Part shown: piece after piece, positions 1 to 15,116 of the stretch
Layout: each line of letters opens with the position of its first letter
Position numbering within the stretch: position 1 is the stretch's first letter
Origin: Squalus acanthias
Lineage: Eukaryota
Direction of reading: 5' to 3'
Assembly: GCA_030390025.1 (NCBI GenBank)
Contig: CM059432.1
Coordinates: 126,048,001 to 126,112,000 of the forward strand
DNA: 64,000 nucleotides
Position numbers and translations under genes: made by a program
Notes under the pieces: model-generated
Seen by the model: the letters and a program-made list of their open reading frames with translations, nothing else
What the model was told of the DNA's origin: nothing
Database searches by the model: none

Positions 1-154
1 AGAACACAGAGACGATGACATACAGAGCCCTCATCTCCAATCACCGTACTCCCAGTAACTGTCCAGTCTAACTGAGCTTAGAATGAAGTCGGGGTTTTTT
101 TTCGGTTGTATACGTTTCACTATAACTATATCTGCCAGGGTGTAACAGTGAAAA

Positions 155-2421
<2,267 letters not shown>

Positions 2422-2516
2422 TTCTAGGCCCTGCGATCTGGAATTCCCTCCATAAACCCCTCCACCTTGCCACCTCCCTCTCCACCTTTAAAGCTCTCCT
2501 TGAAACCCTCCTCTTT

Positions 2517-5500
2517 CATAGAATCATACAAATTTACAGCACAGAAGAGGCCATTCGGCCCATCTTGTCCATGCCGGCTGACAGAGAACCACCCACCCTA
2601 ATCACACTTTCCAGCACTTGATCCATAGCATTGTAGGTTATGGCACTTCAAGTGCATATCCAAGTACTTTTTAAATGTGATGAGGGTCTCTGCCTCTACC
2701 AGCCTTTCAGGCAGTGAGTTCCAGATCCCCACCACCCTCTGGGTGAAAAAACTTCTCCTCAAATCCCCTCTAAACCTCCTACCAATTACTTTAAATCTAT
2801 GCCCCCTGGTTATTGACCCTTCTGCTAAGGGAAATAGGTAATTCCTATCCACTCTTTCTAGGCCCCTCATAATTTTATACATCTCAATTAGGTCTCCCCT
2901 CAGCCTCCTCTGTTCCAAAGAAAACAACCCCAGTCTATCCAATCTTTTCTCACAGCTAAAATTCCCCAGCCCAGGCAACATCCTCGTAAATCTCCTCTGC
3001 ATCCTCTCGAGTGCAATCACATCTTTCCTGTAAAGTGGTGACCAGAACTGTATGCAGTACTCTAGCTGCGGCCTAACTAGTGTTTTATACAGTTTTTTTA
3101 AATTCGTTTATGGGATGTGGGCGTCGCTAGCAAGGCCAGCATTTATTGCCCATCCCTAATTGCCCTTGAGAAGGTGGTGGTGAGCCGCCTTCTTGAACCA
3201 CTGCAGTCCGTGTGGTGAAGGTAAGCCCACAGTGCTGTTAGGGAGGGGGTTTCAGGATTTTGACCCAGCGACGATGAAGGATCGGCGATATACTTCTAAG
3301 TCAGGATGGTGTGTGACTTGGAGGGGAACTTGGAGGTGGTGGTGTTCCCATGCGCCTGCTGCCCTTGTCCTTCTAGGTGGAAGAGTTCGCGGGTTTTGGA
3401 GGTGCTGCCGAAGAAGCCTTGGCAAGTTGCTGCAGTGCATCTTGTAGATAGTGCACACTGCAGCCACGGTACGCCGGTGGAGGGAGTGAATGTTTAAGGT
3501 ATGGATGGGTGCCAATCAAGCGGGCTGCTTTGTCCTGGATGGTGTCGAGCTTCTTGAGTGTTGTTGGAGCTGCACTCATCCAGGGAAATGGAGAGTATTC
3601 CATCACACTTCTTATTTGTGCCTTGTAGATGGTGCAAAGGCTTTGGGGAGTCAGGAGATGAGACAATCGCTGCAGAATACCCAGCCTCTGACCTGCTCTT
3701 GCTGCCACCGTATTTATGTGGCTGGTCCAGTTAAGTTTCTGGTCAATGGTGACTGCCAGGATGTCGATGGTGGGGGATTCGGCGATGGTAATGCCATTGA
3801 ATGTCAAGGGGTGGTGGTTAGACTCTCGCTTGTTGGAGATAGTCATTGCCTGGCACTTCTGTGGCGTGAATGTTACCTGCCACTTATCAGCCCAAGCCTG
3901 AACATCGTCCAGGTCTTGTTGCATGCGGACATGGACTGCTTCATTACCTGAGGAGTTGTGAATGGTGCTGAACACTGTGCAGTCATCAGCGAACATCCCC
4001 ATTTCTGACCTTATGTTGGAAGGAAGTTCATTGATGAAGCTGGTTGGGCCTAGGACACTGCCCTGAGGAACTCCTGCAGCGATGTCCTGGGGCTGTGATG
4101 ATTGACCTTCAACCACCACAACCATCTTCCTTTCTGCTAGGTATGACTCCAGCCAGTGGAGAGTTTTCCCCCCGATTCCCATTGACTTCAGTTTTGCTTG
4201 GGTTCCTTGATGCCACACTCGGTCAAATGCTGCCTTGATATCAAGGGCAGTCACTCTCACCTCACCTCTGGAATTCAGCTCCTTTGTCTATGTTTGGACC
4301 AAGGCTTGAGGTTGGGAGCTGAGTGGTCTTGGCGAACCCAAACTGGGCATCAGTGAGCAGGTTATTGGTGAGTAAGTGCCGCTTGATAGCGCTGTCGATG
4401 ACACCTTCCATCACTTGCTGATGATTGAGAGTAGACTGATGGGGCAGTAATTGACCGAGTTAGATTTGTCCTGCTTTTTGTGGACAGGACATACCTGGGC
4501 AGTTTTCCACATTGTCAGATAGATGCCAGTGTTGCAGCTGTACTGCAACAGCTTGGCTAGAGGTGCGGCTAGTTCTGGAGCACAAGTCTTCAGTACGATA
4601 GCCGGGATGTTATCGGGGCCCATAGCCTTTGCTGTATCCAGTGCGCTCAGCCGTTTCTTGATATCATGTGGACTGAATAGAATTGGCTGAAAACTGACTT
4701 CTGTGATGGTGGGGACCTCCAGAGGAGGCCGATATGGATCATCGACTCGGCACTTCTGGCTGAAGATGGTTGCAAACGCTTCAGGCTTTGTCTTTTGCAC
4801 TCACGTGCTGGGCTCCACCATCATTGAGGATGGGGATATTCATGGAGCCTCCTCCTACTGTTAGTTGTTTAATGGTCCACCACCATTCACGACTGGATGT
4901 GGCAGGACTGTGGAGCTTTGATCTGATCCATTGATTGTGGGATCACTTAGCCCTGTCTATACCATGCTGCTTCCACTTTTTAGCATGCATGTAGTCCTGT
5001 GTTGCAGCTTCCCCAGGTTGGCACCTCATTTTCAGGTACGCCTGGTGCTGCTCCTGTACACTCCTTATTGAGGGAGGGATATGCCGGGCCATGATTGTGT
5101 TGGAATACACTTCTGCTGCTGCTGGCCAACGGCGCCTCATGGATGCCCAGTTTTGCTAGATCTGTTCGGAATCTATCCCATTTAGCACGGTGGTACTGCC
5201 AGTGTCCTCAGTGCGAAGACGGGACTTCGTCTCCACAATGGCTGTGCGGTGGTCACTGCTACCAATACTGTCATGGACAGCTGCATCTGCGACAGGTAGA
5301 TTGGTGAGGATGAGGTCAAGTAGGTTTTTCCCCATGTGTTGGTTCTCTCACAGGCCCAGTCTGGCAGTTATGTCCTTCAGGACTCGACCAGTAGTGGTGC
5401 TACCGAGCCACTCTTGGTGATGGATATTGAAGTCCCCCACCCAGAGTACATGCTGTGTCCTTACTACTCTCAGTGCTTCTTCCAAGTAGTGTTCAACATG

Positions 5501-6157
5501 GGTACTGATTCATCAGCTGAGGGAGGGCGGTAGGTGGTAATCAGCAGGAGGTTTCCTTGCCCATGCTTGACCTGAAGCCATGAGACTTCATGGGGTCCGG
5601 AGTCAATGTTGAGGACTCCCAGGGCCACTCCTTCCCGACTGTATACCACTGTGCCGCCACCCCTGGTGGGACAGGACATACCCAGGGATGGTGATGGAGG
5701 AGTTTGGGACATAGGCTGAAAGGTATGATTCTGTGAGTATGACTATGTCAGGTTGTTGCTTGACTCGTCTGTGGTACAGCTCTCCCAATTTTGGCACAAG
5801 TCCCCAGATGTTGAGAAGGACTTTGCAGGGTCAACTGGGCTGGGTGTGCCGTTGCTGTGTCAAAGGTCAATCCATCCGCTTTCATTCTTTTTCGTAGCAG
5901 TTTGTTACAATCTGATAGTTTCATGGTTACCATTACTGATACTAGTAATTATTCCAAATTTATTTAATTAACTGAATTTAAATTCCCCAGCTGCCGAGGT
6001 GGGATTTGAACTCACGTCTCTGGATCATTAGTCCAGGCCTCTGGATTACTAACCCAGTGACATTACCACTACGCTACTGTTCCCTTATTCAAGCAGAACC
6101 TCCCTGCTCTTATATTCTATGCCTCGGCCAATAAAGGAAAGTATCCCGTATGCCTTC
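2517..6157 (-). mobile_element. CR1 LINE 3' fragment (2517-3093 and ~6086-6157) interrupted by a LINE insertion
   Basis: ORF 2598-3020 encodes the CR1 ORF2 C-terminus (LERMQRRFTRMLPG..RGDLIE..FFTQRVVGIWNSLP); the two halves join as in the copy at 20680-20770. Confidence 0.9.
3094..6084 (-). mobile_element. Non-LTR retrotransposon (APE endonuclease + RT, frameshifted, no ORF1) with a tRNA-derived 5' head; clade not assigned
   Basis: EN start NIWGLVPK..PDIVILTES (~5813-5725), ITTYRPP, GPDNIP, LDIKAAFDRVWH, GVPQGSVLGP, FADD. A box TAGCGTAGTGG (6076-6066), B box GTTCAAATCC (~6011-6002); A-rich 3' end at ~3094. Confidence 0.9.
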
Positions 6158-6706
6158 TTTGACTAAGCTTTTGGTCAACCCTCTTAATATCTGATTACGC
6201 TCCTCTGAAGCGCCTTGTAACATTTTTCAATGTTAAAGGTGCTATATAAATGCACACTGTTGCTTTTTTACATTTTTGTGTACAGCAGATTTTGGTTATT
6301 GTAACTGATTTGGGTACATTCATATTTAGTCATTACAACCTTCTGATTACTACATCAATAATAAGGACTGTTAATGCTTTGCTATGACATACTCAGTTAA
6401 GCAGAACTATGCTGCTAAGCAATAGAGTAATTACACTGTAAATATAATGAATAAAACATAATACTTAAAATATGTATTGCAGTTTAGTACAACATTATAA
6501 CCATATCAAATAACAATAATGTAAAGTACTGTGTTTAACAGATCATACCACACATTGAATATAGCCACATCACTCATCACAAACTCATAAACTTATAATC
6601 CAACAGGTTTTTATGACTTGAAAACTTCTGTCCTTGTTTTGTTGTAGAACATGCTTTGTCCAATGTATAAGTGTATTCTCTGCATCTTGATTTTTGTTTC
6701 TATCTC

Positions 6707-7110
6707 ACTTTCCTTAGAGCAGAGAAGGCTGAGGGGGGACCTGATTGAGGTGTACAAAATTATGAGGGGCATAGATAGGGTAGATAGAAAGGAACTTTTC
6801 CCCTTAGTAGAGGGGTCAATAACCAGGGGGCTTAGTTTCAAGGTAAGGGGCAGGAGGTTTAGAGGGGATTTGAGGAAAAACTTTTTCACCCAGAGGGTGG
6901 TTGGAATCTGGAACTCACTGCCTGAAAGGGTGGTAGAGGCAGGAACCCTCACAACATTCAAGAAGCATTTAGATGAGCACTTGAAACGCTATAGCATACA
7001 AGGCTACAGACTAAGTGCTGGAAAATGGGATTAGAATAGATAGGGCTTGATGGCCGTCGCGGACACGATGGGTCAAAGGGCCTCTTTCTGTGCTGTATAA
7101 CTCTATGACT
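6707..7110 (+). mobile_element. CR1 LINE 3' fragment
   Basis: SLEQRRLRGDLIEVYKIMRG..FFTQRVVGIWNSLP; near-identical to the 3' end of 20136-21525 and to 54220-54698. Confidence 0.9.
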
Positions 7111-7399
7111 TCTTTGTGATCACGGCTTCGACTGCTTCAGTCAGATATGATTTTATCTCTTGCTTCAGTGGAGTAGATTCTGGATTTTGAAGTGCTGTTC
7201 TCGATCCCACTGGCCTTTCTTTTTTGGTATTGTCACAATTTATTTCCAGAATCTTTACCATCCTTCATAGTGATAGCATAGATCAAGTATCACTTGGCAT
7301 GTTGGTAATCTATGTTCATCAGGGAAAGAGAGGAAAAAAGCAGGATTCATTATAGAGCTTTTGTAAACAGTTGTAGGTCTGTTTTTATATTTGTTCTCA

Positions 7400-7620
7400 G
7401 GATTTGGATGATTCTGGTAAAGAAACATTTATTGCTTGAGAATGTGGTGGTGGGCCGTCTCCTTGAAAGACTGCAGTCCTTGAAGTGATGGCACGCCAAT
7501 GCCTTGTGTGAGGTAGGGAATTCCAGGATATTGACCCCATGATGATGAAGGAATTGTGATTCAGGATGGTGTATAACTTGGAGGTGATGGTGTTCCCATA
7601 ACATTGCTGCTCTTATCCTT
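7400..7620 (-). mobile_element. Old 3' fragment of the LINE family at 3094-6084 (further pieces ~9040-9420 and ~46965-47055)
   Basis: Colinear similarity to 3110-3375 (CATTTATTGC..TGGTGGTG..CTTGAA..TCAGGATGGTGT..GGTGTTCCCAT). Confidence 0.7.
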
Positions 7621-7737
7621 CTTAGGAAGATAGGAACAGGGGTAGGCCATTCAGCCCTTCCAGCCTGTTTCACCATTCTATTAGATCATGACTGATTTGT
7701 ATCTCAACTCCATTTACCCGCCTTTGCTCCATGTCAC

Positions 7738-8298
7738 TTGATACCACACCTTGAGTATTGTGTGCAGTTTTGGTCGCCTTATCTGAGGAAGGATGTTCTT
7801 GCCATGGAGCGAAGATTCACCAGACTGATACCTGGGATGGCAGGAATGACGTATGAAGAGAGATTGGGTCGATTGGGCTTGTATTCACTAGAGTTTAGAA
7901 GAATGAGAGGGGATCTCATTGAAACTTATAAAATTCTAACAGGACTAGACAGACTAGGTGCAGGAAGGATGTTCCCGATGGTGGGGGAGTCCAGAACCAG
8001 GGGTCACAGTCTAAGGATAAGGGGTAAGCCATTTAGGACTGAGATGAGGAGGAATTTCTTCACCCAGAGAGTGGTGAATCTGTGGAATTCTCTACCACAG
8101 AAGGCAGTTGAGGCCAATTCATTAAATATATTCAAGAAGGAGATAGATATATTTCTTAAGGCTAAAGGGATCAAGGGATATGGGGAGAAAGCAGGGACAG
8201 GGTACTGAATTTGAATGATCAGCCATGATCTCATTAAATGGCGGAACAGGCTCGAGGGGCCGAATGGCCTACTCCTGCTCCTATCTTCTATGTTTCTA
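7738..8298 (+). mobile_element. CR1 LINE 3' fragment inserted in an older minus-strand CR1 (~7620-9000)
   Basis: ORF PHLEYCVQFWSPYLRKD..RGDLIETYKI..FFTQRVVNLWNSLP; tail ending TCTATGTTTCTAT; flanks are reverse-strand CR1 (ORF 8328-8594). Confidence 0.85.
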
Positions 8299-8746
8299 TA
8301 CCGTTACCAAACAAAAATCTATCAATCTTAGTCTTTAAATTTTAATTGACCCAGCATCCATCCATAGCCTTTTGGTGGAGAGAGCTCCAGATTTCCATAA
8401 CCTTTCGTGTAATAAAAAGTGCTTCCTGATTTCACTCCTGTATGGCCTAGCTCTAATTTTAGAATTATGTCCTCTTGTTCTGGATTCCCCCACCAGAGGA
8501 ATAGTTTCTCTCTATCTACCCTATTGAATCCCTTTATCATTTTAAAGACTTTGAACCATCTAAACTCAAGAGAATACAGACCAAATTTATGCAACCTGTC
8601 CTCATAATTTAACCCTTTAACCCTGGTATAATTCTGGTGAAACTGCAGTGTAACAATCCAAGGCTAATATATATTTCCTGAGGCTCAGAGCCCAAAACTA
8701 AACAAAGTATTCCAGATGGGGTCTGACCAAGGCTCTGTATAACTGA

Positions 8747-8855
8747 TGCGGAGATGCCGGTGTTGGACTGGGGTGGACAAAAGTGAGAAGTCGCACAACA
8801 CCAGGTTATAGTCCAACAGTTTTATTTGAAATCACAAGCTTGTGACTTCTCACTT
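8747..8855 (-). mobile_element. Penelope-like terminal fragment with fold-back
   Basis: Matches the pLTR-like end of 56974-58331; TSD CTGTATAACTGA on both sides; internal inverted repeat AAGTGAGAAGTC..GACTTCTCACTT. Confidence 0.75.
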
Positions 8856-9106
8856 CTGTATAACTGAAGCAGCACTTTTTCACTTTTGAATTCCAACCTC
8901 CTTGAGATGAAAACCAACATTCCATTAGCCTTCTTGATTACTTTTTATATGTGTGCACGACCTTTTAGAGATTTGTGTACATAAACACCTAACTCCCTTA
9001 GTGTACATTAACACCTAACTCCCTTAGTGGTACAGTTCATGGGGTATTGTGGAAGTAAGTATGGCAAGTTGCTGCAGTGCATCCTGTAGATAATACATAC
9101 TGTAGC

Positions 9107-9249
9107 CAATGTTGCCTTTAAGCTGCACAGCCACGCAGCGATCTGCAAGTTCCGCGCAGCCGGCTCAGTGGCATTCTAATGCCAAGAACTGTGCATGCAC
9201 GGTAATTTGAATGGGTCACACACCCAAAAAAAAATTAGCGGGAACATTG
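9107..9249. mobile_element. hAT-type MITE, same family as 1031-1195
   Basis: TIRs CAATGTTGCCTTTAA / TTAGCGGGAACATTG; 8-bp TSD ACTGTAGC/AATGTAGC (7/8); shared internal GCATGCACGGTA.TTTGAATGG. Confidence 0.85.
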
Positions 9250-9939
9250 AATGTAGCTGTGTTGCGCAGGTGATTAAAGGCGGTGCATAGTGACTCCAGT
9301 GGCAGGATTACTGATCAAGCGAACTTCTCTGACCTAGATGGTGTTGGGCTTCTCCAGTGTTGTTGCAGCTGCACCCATCTAGGCTTGAGCCTTCTAGGTG
9401 TTGGAGAGGCTTTGAGGGATCACTCAGGAGGTCAACCACACCTGCTAGATTACCTTGACTGTGATTTTATGAGCTGTGACATTCTTTGCTCCATGCAAAT
9501 TAAAAGTGAATGATCTGTGAACAAGCTGCAAAATGATTTCCTTTGTTGAAACAACAGACTACGATTAAAGGTATATTACTCCTAATCTGTTTACTACAAG
9601 CAAACTCCTGATAAGGGTGGATTGATTATTTAAAGTGCATGATCACTACAATTAGTGACAGCTGAAACCAAATTCTACTGTACTTAAAAGACAGTGGCAC
9701 CAACTTCCTCCAAACACTAGGTTTAGTTGGTAAAGGCCGCAGGTAACTGAGCCATACAGACTGGGAGCTCCCAGGTTGAATTCCTGGGCGGGGCTGAGTT
9801 GGTTTATCTCAAGCAAGGTGACACAACTCCCTTCATTGACTCAGGGAATAACAACTTCTGCTATTTCTGTGTATGTATTACATGTGAATTCTACATCTCA
9901 GTGAACCTAGATTTTTCATTCTTTTCCCTATTCAGTTTT

Positions 9940-10310
9940 CTCTCATATCTACTGAAGGCACTGACTCATGCTCAAATACAGTTCCACAGGCAATAGAGGC
10001 CTTCCAGTACCTTGCCCAAATGGTCATTCTTCTTGTTTGAGCTGAGACAGCAAGTGTTGGCAAGCTATTTGACGTGTGGAGAATCACACCTGAACCCCCT
10101 ATCTACAAATATGCACCTTTCATCAAGGGTCAATGAATAGCAATCAGAGGTGCAAAATCTGTCTGATTTTCCACCCCTAACTCGTGAGTCCAACTGTATC
10201 ACCTTGCTCCACCTTGTTTGAGATTAGCTAACTTGGCATAGGCCAGGAATTCAACCTGGGACCTTCTAGTCTATATGGTTCAGGTATCTGCTGCCTTTAC
10301 CAACTAAGCC
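9940..10310 (-). mobile_element. Old tRNA-derived SINE-like family (other pieces ~9710-9815 +, ~16230-16545, ~17215-17375 -, ~36790-36970 +, ~62140-62465 -)
   Basis: Recurrent diverged motifs GGCTTAGTTGGTAAAGGC, CCCAGGTTGAATTCCTGG and ATGAA.AATGGCCACTT.GG.GAGGTACTGGA across copies. Confidence 0.55.
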
Positions 10311-12807
10311 GACAATCCTATTGTTTTAATTGCATCAATGTAATTGAATCACTTTCTGAAATTTAATTTTCAAGTGGTGATGTGGAACCACTGGACAACT
10401 TCTACCACAGTTGTTTTATGGCAGTTGAAGTTTAGTAAAGTCCTGGGTCGGGAGTTATTTGTCATGTAGGGTGAGTTTTGGGCAGGATCCTGCCACTATT
10501 GGAAGAGGGGGGTGAGAGAACGTAAAGAGGCAGAAGAGCGATGAAGAGGAGGAAACTTACCAGTTTTGTATGCCTCAGCCAAGACCGCAACCTACAAAGA
10601 TAAGGGCTTGGGGCCAATTCGGAGGGACAGGAGGCCTCGACTAGGCTCTCTCCCTACATTCACTAATGCTACCCTGAGCTTAGTGCTAACTTTCACTAGA
10701 TGGACCCAGGGAGCAGTGGTAAGAGGTGCAGACAGCAGGAAAGTCTGCCCATGGTGTTCGTGAAGATTGTGCCTTGTCTCAACAGTTCCTGTACAATTAT
10801 TTTATCTGCTTTTGTAAATCTTGGCTTTCTGATTCTATGAGCTGAAGTACAATTTTGCTCAATGTTTTGCCATAATTGTTGCCACTTATAGAAGTGAGGG
10901 GGGGTCAAGGATTTTTTTCTGTCTACTTAAAAGCTTAAACGAATTATCTAAATGCCTTTTTACCTGTCAGTCCACTTTGATGTTGTTGATAAATTCCTAT
11001 GCAAAAGCAGGCAAGCAAAATGATGGGCAGTAACCACATTTTAGGCACAGGCAGGATGATTTAGGACAATATTTTAGTTGTATTCTGCTTGTACTTCATA
11101 TAATGAACAGCAGAAAACTCAGTTTACCCCACTTTACCGCAACTCCTGACCTTGAATTAATTTCATGAATGAGAGTGTAGCAAATACTGTATCTATTTAT
11201 GATGCATTAGATTTGGATTTGGACCAAGACACTAATGTTATTCTGGATTATTTTGTTGAAAACTAACTATCCAGAGACCTACTGAATGCCACAAAAATGT
11301 CTTTAAATTCAATGTAGATGGACTTATTGTTTATAAAATCAATAAGCTATTGTCTCAACAACATCTGTAAATGCAAAATAAGAGTCTGGTGACATTGTGA
11401 ACACATCTGCAGCCCCATAAACTGTGACAAGTTACTGCAAGATCAAAAGAGAAGAACAGGTATCCTGAACCATGCATTAGAAGTGCTTGTAAGGAAGGTA
11501 ACCAGAATAATGACCATCTTTATACTTCTGAAAACTTTAAGTCATAAAGCTACATTCCTACATTACAACAGTGACTACACTTCAAACGTATGTCATTGGC
11601 TGTCAAGCGTTTGAGACGTCCTGAGGTTGTGAAAGATGCTATAGAAATGCAAGTCTTTCTTTTTCTTTTAAAGCTACTGTAATCCCATTGGGAGAAAAAA
11701 CAAACAGGGAATATAACAACATAAATGAGCAATGTCTACAGCTGCAACGAAAAGACATATCACACGTGTGATGAGGCTAGAAAAATAAACCTGAGGAAAC
11801 AAGGCAGCTGCAATGAGCAGGAACATGCACAGTCCTAAAGTCTCTGTAGGACAACAAGCCGAGAAATTGGATTGCGCCTGAATCAGGGCACGATTCGAGT
11901 GAAGCATGCACTGCACGCACCTTAAGAGGCCGGCGGCAGGTCCAGGGCAAGTTGGTCCGCTGGCCTCATTAGTATATTACTGGCGAAGTGCGAGCAACAG
12001 TCACAATCTCCAGAGTCAGGTCACCGGTCACAGGAGGGCCGGTTAGGTTTCTGACCGAGGGCTAAAGATGAGTCTGGGGGAAGGAGGCAATTGGGTGGGA
12101 TGCCAAATTCAGTAATTTACCCCATTTTTTAGAAAGGAGGAATTCTAGCCCTAGATATATTTCTGAAGAGAAAAGTGATTGAGTGATATGCTGAGAATGG
12201 AGGCATGTGAGGTTAAGAATGATCAAAAAGGGGGTGCTCATTGACTTACATGGTCTTTTTTATAATTTTCATTACCTCGCTTTCACTAGTGACACATATC
12301 TATATAATTAAAATATGGCCCGTAATCCTGTATAGAGCCTGTAACATTGTTGATTGGTAGTAATTTGGGAATTCCTACACATTGTGATCAGCACTTTTTA
12401 ATATTCTATATAGTTTTAAGTTGTAATACATTTTTTAACAAATTAGGTCCAATTCATAGCTCAGTAAAAAGGCACTAAGTGAGTAAAATCTCACTTCATA
12501 AGTCCTATTGATTTGCTTTATCGCTAAATTGTGACCTGAATTAACTACCTAGAATTGATTTAACCACATGTCATCACAGACCAATCTGAACCCAACATTG
12601 CTCCATGTCACATAGGAACATGGGAAAGTACAAGAGCAAAAAAAGATTATGCAGCTCTTCTGGTCAGTCCCAAAATGAAGACCCCTCAATCACCCATTCG
12701 CTCAAGTATTAACTGCATATTGTTGGAGGAAAAAAAATCCCATTTTTGGCTGCAGTTTCAGTTCCTCAGCCCTCCTTCTTTTAATCCTCCACACCGCGCA
12801 TTTTACC

Positions 12808-13138
12808 TAGGGTTGCCATCTCTTTGGGATTGTCCTGGAGTCTCCAGGACTTGAAGATGCATCTCCAGGAAAACAATCATAGGGACAGTAAAAAAAAAAA
12901 ATTTCTCTAAATACTTTTGTTTATCAATTATAAAAACGTGGCAGTTGGGAAAGAAAAGGCTGTTTGACGGACAGTCAAGAATCATCTAATTGGGTAACCA
13001 AGAGCCTGTTTGATTTCCAATTGGCAGCGGAAAGGCGTGGCGCGGTGAGAATGGACATGTTGCGCGAGCAATGGTGGGAGTGTGGGGCCAGGGTGATGAA
13101 ACCTCCAGGACTACATCCAACCAGAGTTGGCAGCCCAA
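12808..13138. mobile_element. hAT MITE
   Basis: TIRs TAGGGTTGCCA / TGGCAGCCCAA; perfect 8-bp TSD ATTTTACC (12800-12807, 13139-13146). Confidence 0.9.
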
Positions 13139-15116
13139 ATTTTACCCACAGTGCTGAACATCTGCTCCCTTCCAGGGCCTCTGTTTATCCTCCTTCTCAG
13201 GCCTGCCCCAAGTGCAGTTGCTCTACTGTGCTTGTTCACGTCATGGCAGATCAGACACTTTGATTTTCCAGTACAAATTTGGCTGGTTCTTTTAGATATT
13301 CTGCATTGTGTTCCTGCATATGTTACTTTTCCTTTGTCGACGATCTCTCTCCATCTACCTCAGTTAGGCACAGTCACAGGAGACAACTAGGATGGCTAAA
13401 AACAACTTTTATTTGCCACTGAAGTGATTTCAGTGAGTCAGGCATGCTACAATCATTGAATAAGCAAATTGTTTGAAAATAGACATTGGGGTAATTTTTA
13501 ACTCCTGGGCAGATACACGGCCTCGCAAACGGATGGCCCCTCTAGCAGCGAGAGCGGGGGGGAAATAGGCAATTTTAACGGCCAGGCCTCATTAACATTC
13601 TGCAGGACAGAATCCCACCCCAACCCAGTGGAATGACAAGGGGCTGGCTGGCGGGCGGGAGCGGGAGCGGGATTTCGGGCAGCGGGAGGCTGCTGCTGGG
13701 GACCCGAGGGAACGATCCTCGGCTTCAGTTTAGTGGTTGGGGGGAAGGCTCAAGGCAGGGGTGGCCCAAAGTTCCCACAAACCCCAGACTAATGAAAAAC
13801 CTTGTTCACTTCAGTAATTCACCCATGCCTGTCCTATTATTCAGTGTAATATATACAAGTTCCTTTTTTTCTTTATTTCCTGTTCATCACAAATAGTTAT
13901 TGTTTTATCAGGCCGAGTTGGCTAAACTACCCGAGGAGGAAGTTTGTAATGAAACCCTGTCGGTAATGTCGTAACAGCTATCTGAAATCAGAGGAGCTAA
14001 TTCCAGTAAGATTATCTGCATGCAATGCAGATTATAAGGATAGAATTTTCCAAAAGCACAAAAATAAATCACAACTGATGTGGACCCAACACAATGTCAA
14101 ATTTTGTGTACAACAGTGAAATTAAACACTTTTGGTAATCTCTTGACTTGGGAAATGAAAATAGATAAAATGATTGACTTGTTAATCACGCCAAAGAAGT
14201 TAAATGGAGGACAGTAATTGAAAAAAACACATTTAGCAACATGAAAGAGTTTATGTGCAATCGCGAAATAGAACTGGTGGTAAGAAGTAGTTTAATTGTA
14301 TTTAATGATCAATAGTACTGTACTGATGTGAAAATTGGACCTTGGAAGCTAATGTAAGACGATTGGGGGTGTTTGAGTTTTTACGCTATATTGAAAATAG
14401 CTTGGACAAGAAGAAAGATGAGTTAGGGTCCTAGCATAGGTCAAGGAAGAAGTGACACCATCGATTATGAAGAGAAAGGTGACAGACTATCACATTATGA
14501 GGAAGTCACAAGGAACACTGTAGGGGAACAGCTGTCTAGAACAGATGATGTTAATAAGTAGAGGACAAAGAAACAAATGACTGGATGACGTGATGGAATT
14601 GGTTGGTATAACATTAGGAACTGATCCAGTCCAGCTGTGCAGAGACCAGAAACTATGCAGTAGATTGAGCGTCAACCTCGAGAGTGGAGATAGTACATGG
14701 AGGGGGAAGAGAGAGAATCACTGTTCTTGCAGCTTCTGCTCATATTACATATCATCTATTGAGGATTTTCCAGCTCCAAACAAATCCTGTGGTTCAGTGT
14801 CACTGCACAGCCCTCATCATGTTCATATTTACAGCTCCATAAAGAATAGTAATCCCTTATTCTCTCAACACTTATCGTTAAAAGTACCTTGTCATTTAGG
14901 ATCAGTATGCAGTTAGGGCAGAAAACTGAGCCAACCTGGACAGGACCTGATTGGAAAGACAATGGTGAAACCAACTGATTGCTTTTAAAATATTCTGGCC
15001 TTTATAAAAACAAATTCTGAGCAAATATAATTTGTTTTTAAAATCTGAAAAGAGAAAATGTTCTTTGTGCAGGAAAATGATTAATTGAATGAGAGATTTA
15101 AAACAAATAACTCCCA

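Larger units (their letters stand above)
2422..6263 (+). mobile_element. L2 LINE 3' fragment split in two (2422-2516 and ~6157-6263) by nested insertions
   Basis: CTAGGCCC..CTGGAATTCCCTC..CTCCTT(G)AAACC and the tail ..AAGCGCCTTG..TTAAAGGTGCTATATAAATGCA are colinear with the uninterrupted copy at 61580-62120. Confidence 0.7.

Noticed and set aside
8977..9034. 26-bp tandem duplication (another of ~24 bp at 57303-57349)
   Set aside because: Ordinary local duplications inside decayed TEs.
10555..10600. Possible minus-strand micro-exon (TTTGTAG..GGTAAGT)
   Set aside because: No recognisable peptide or partner exons; similar donor motifs are common in the MITEs here.
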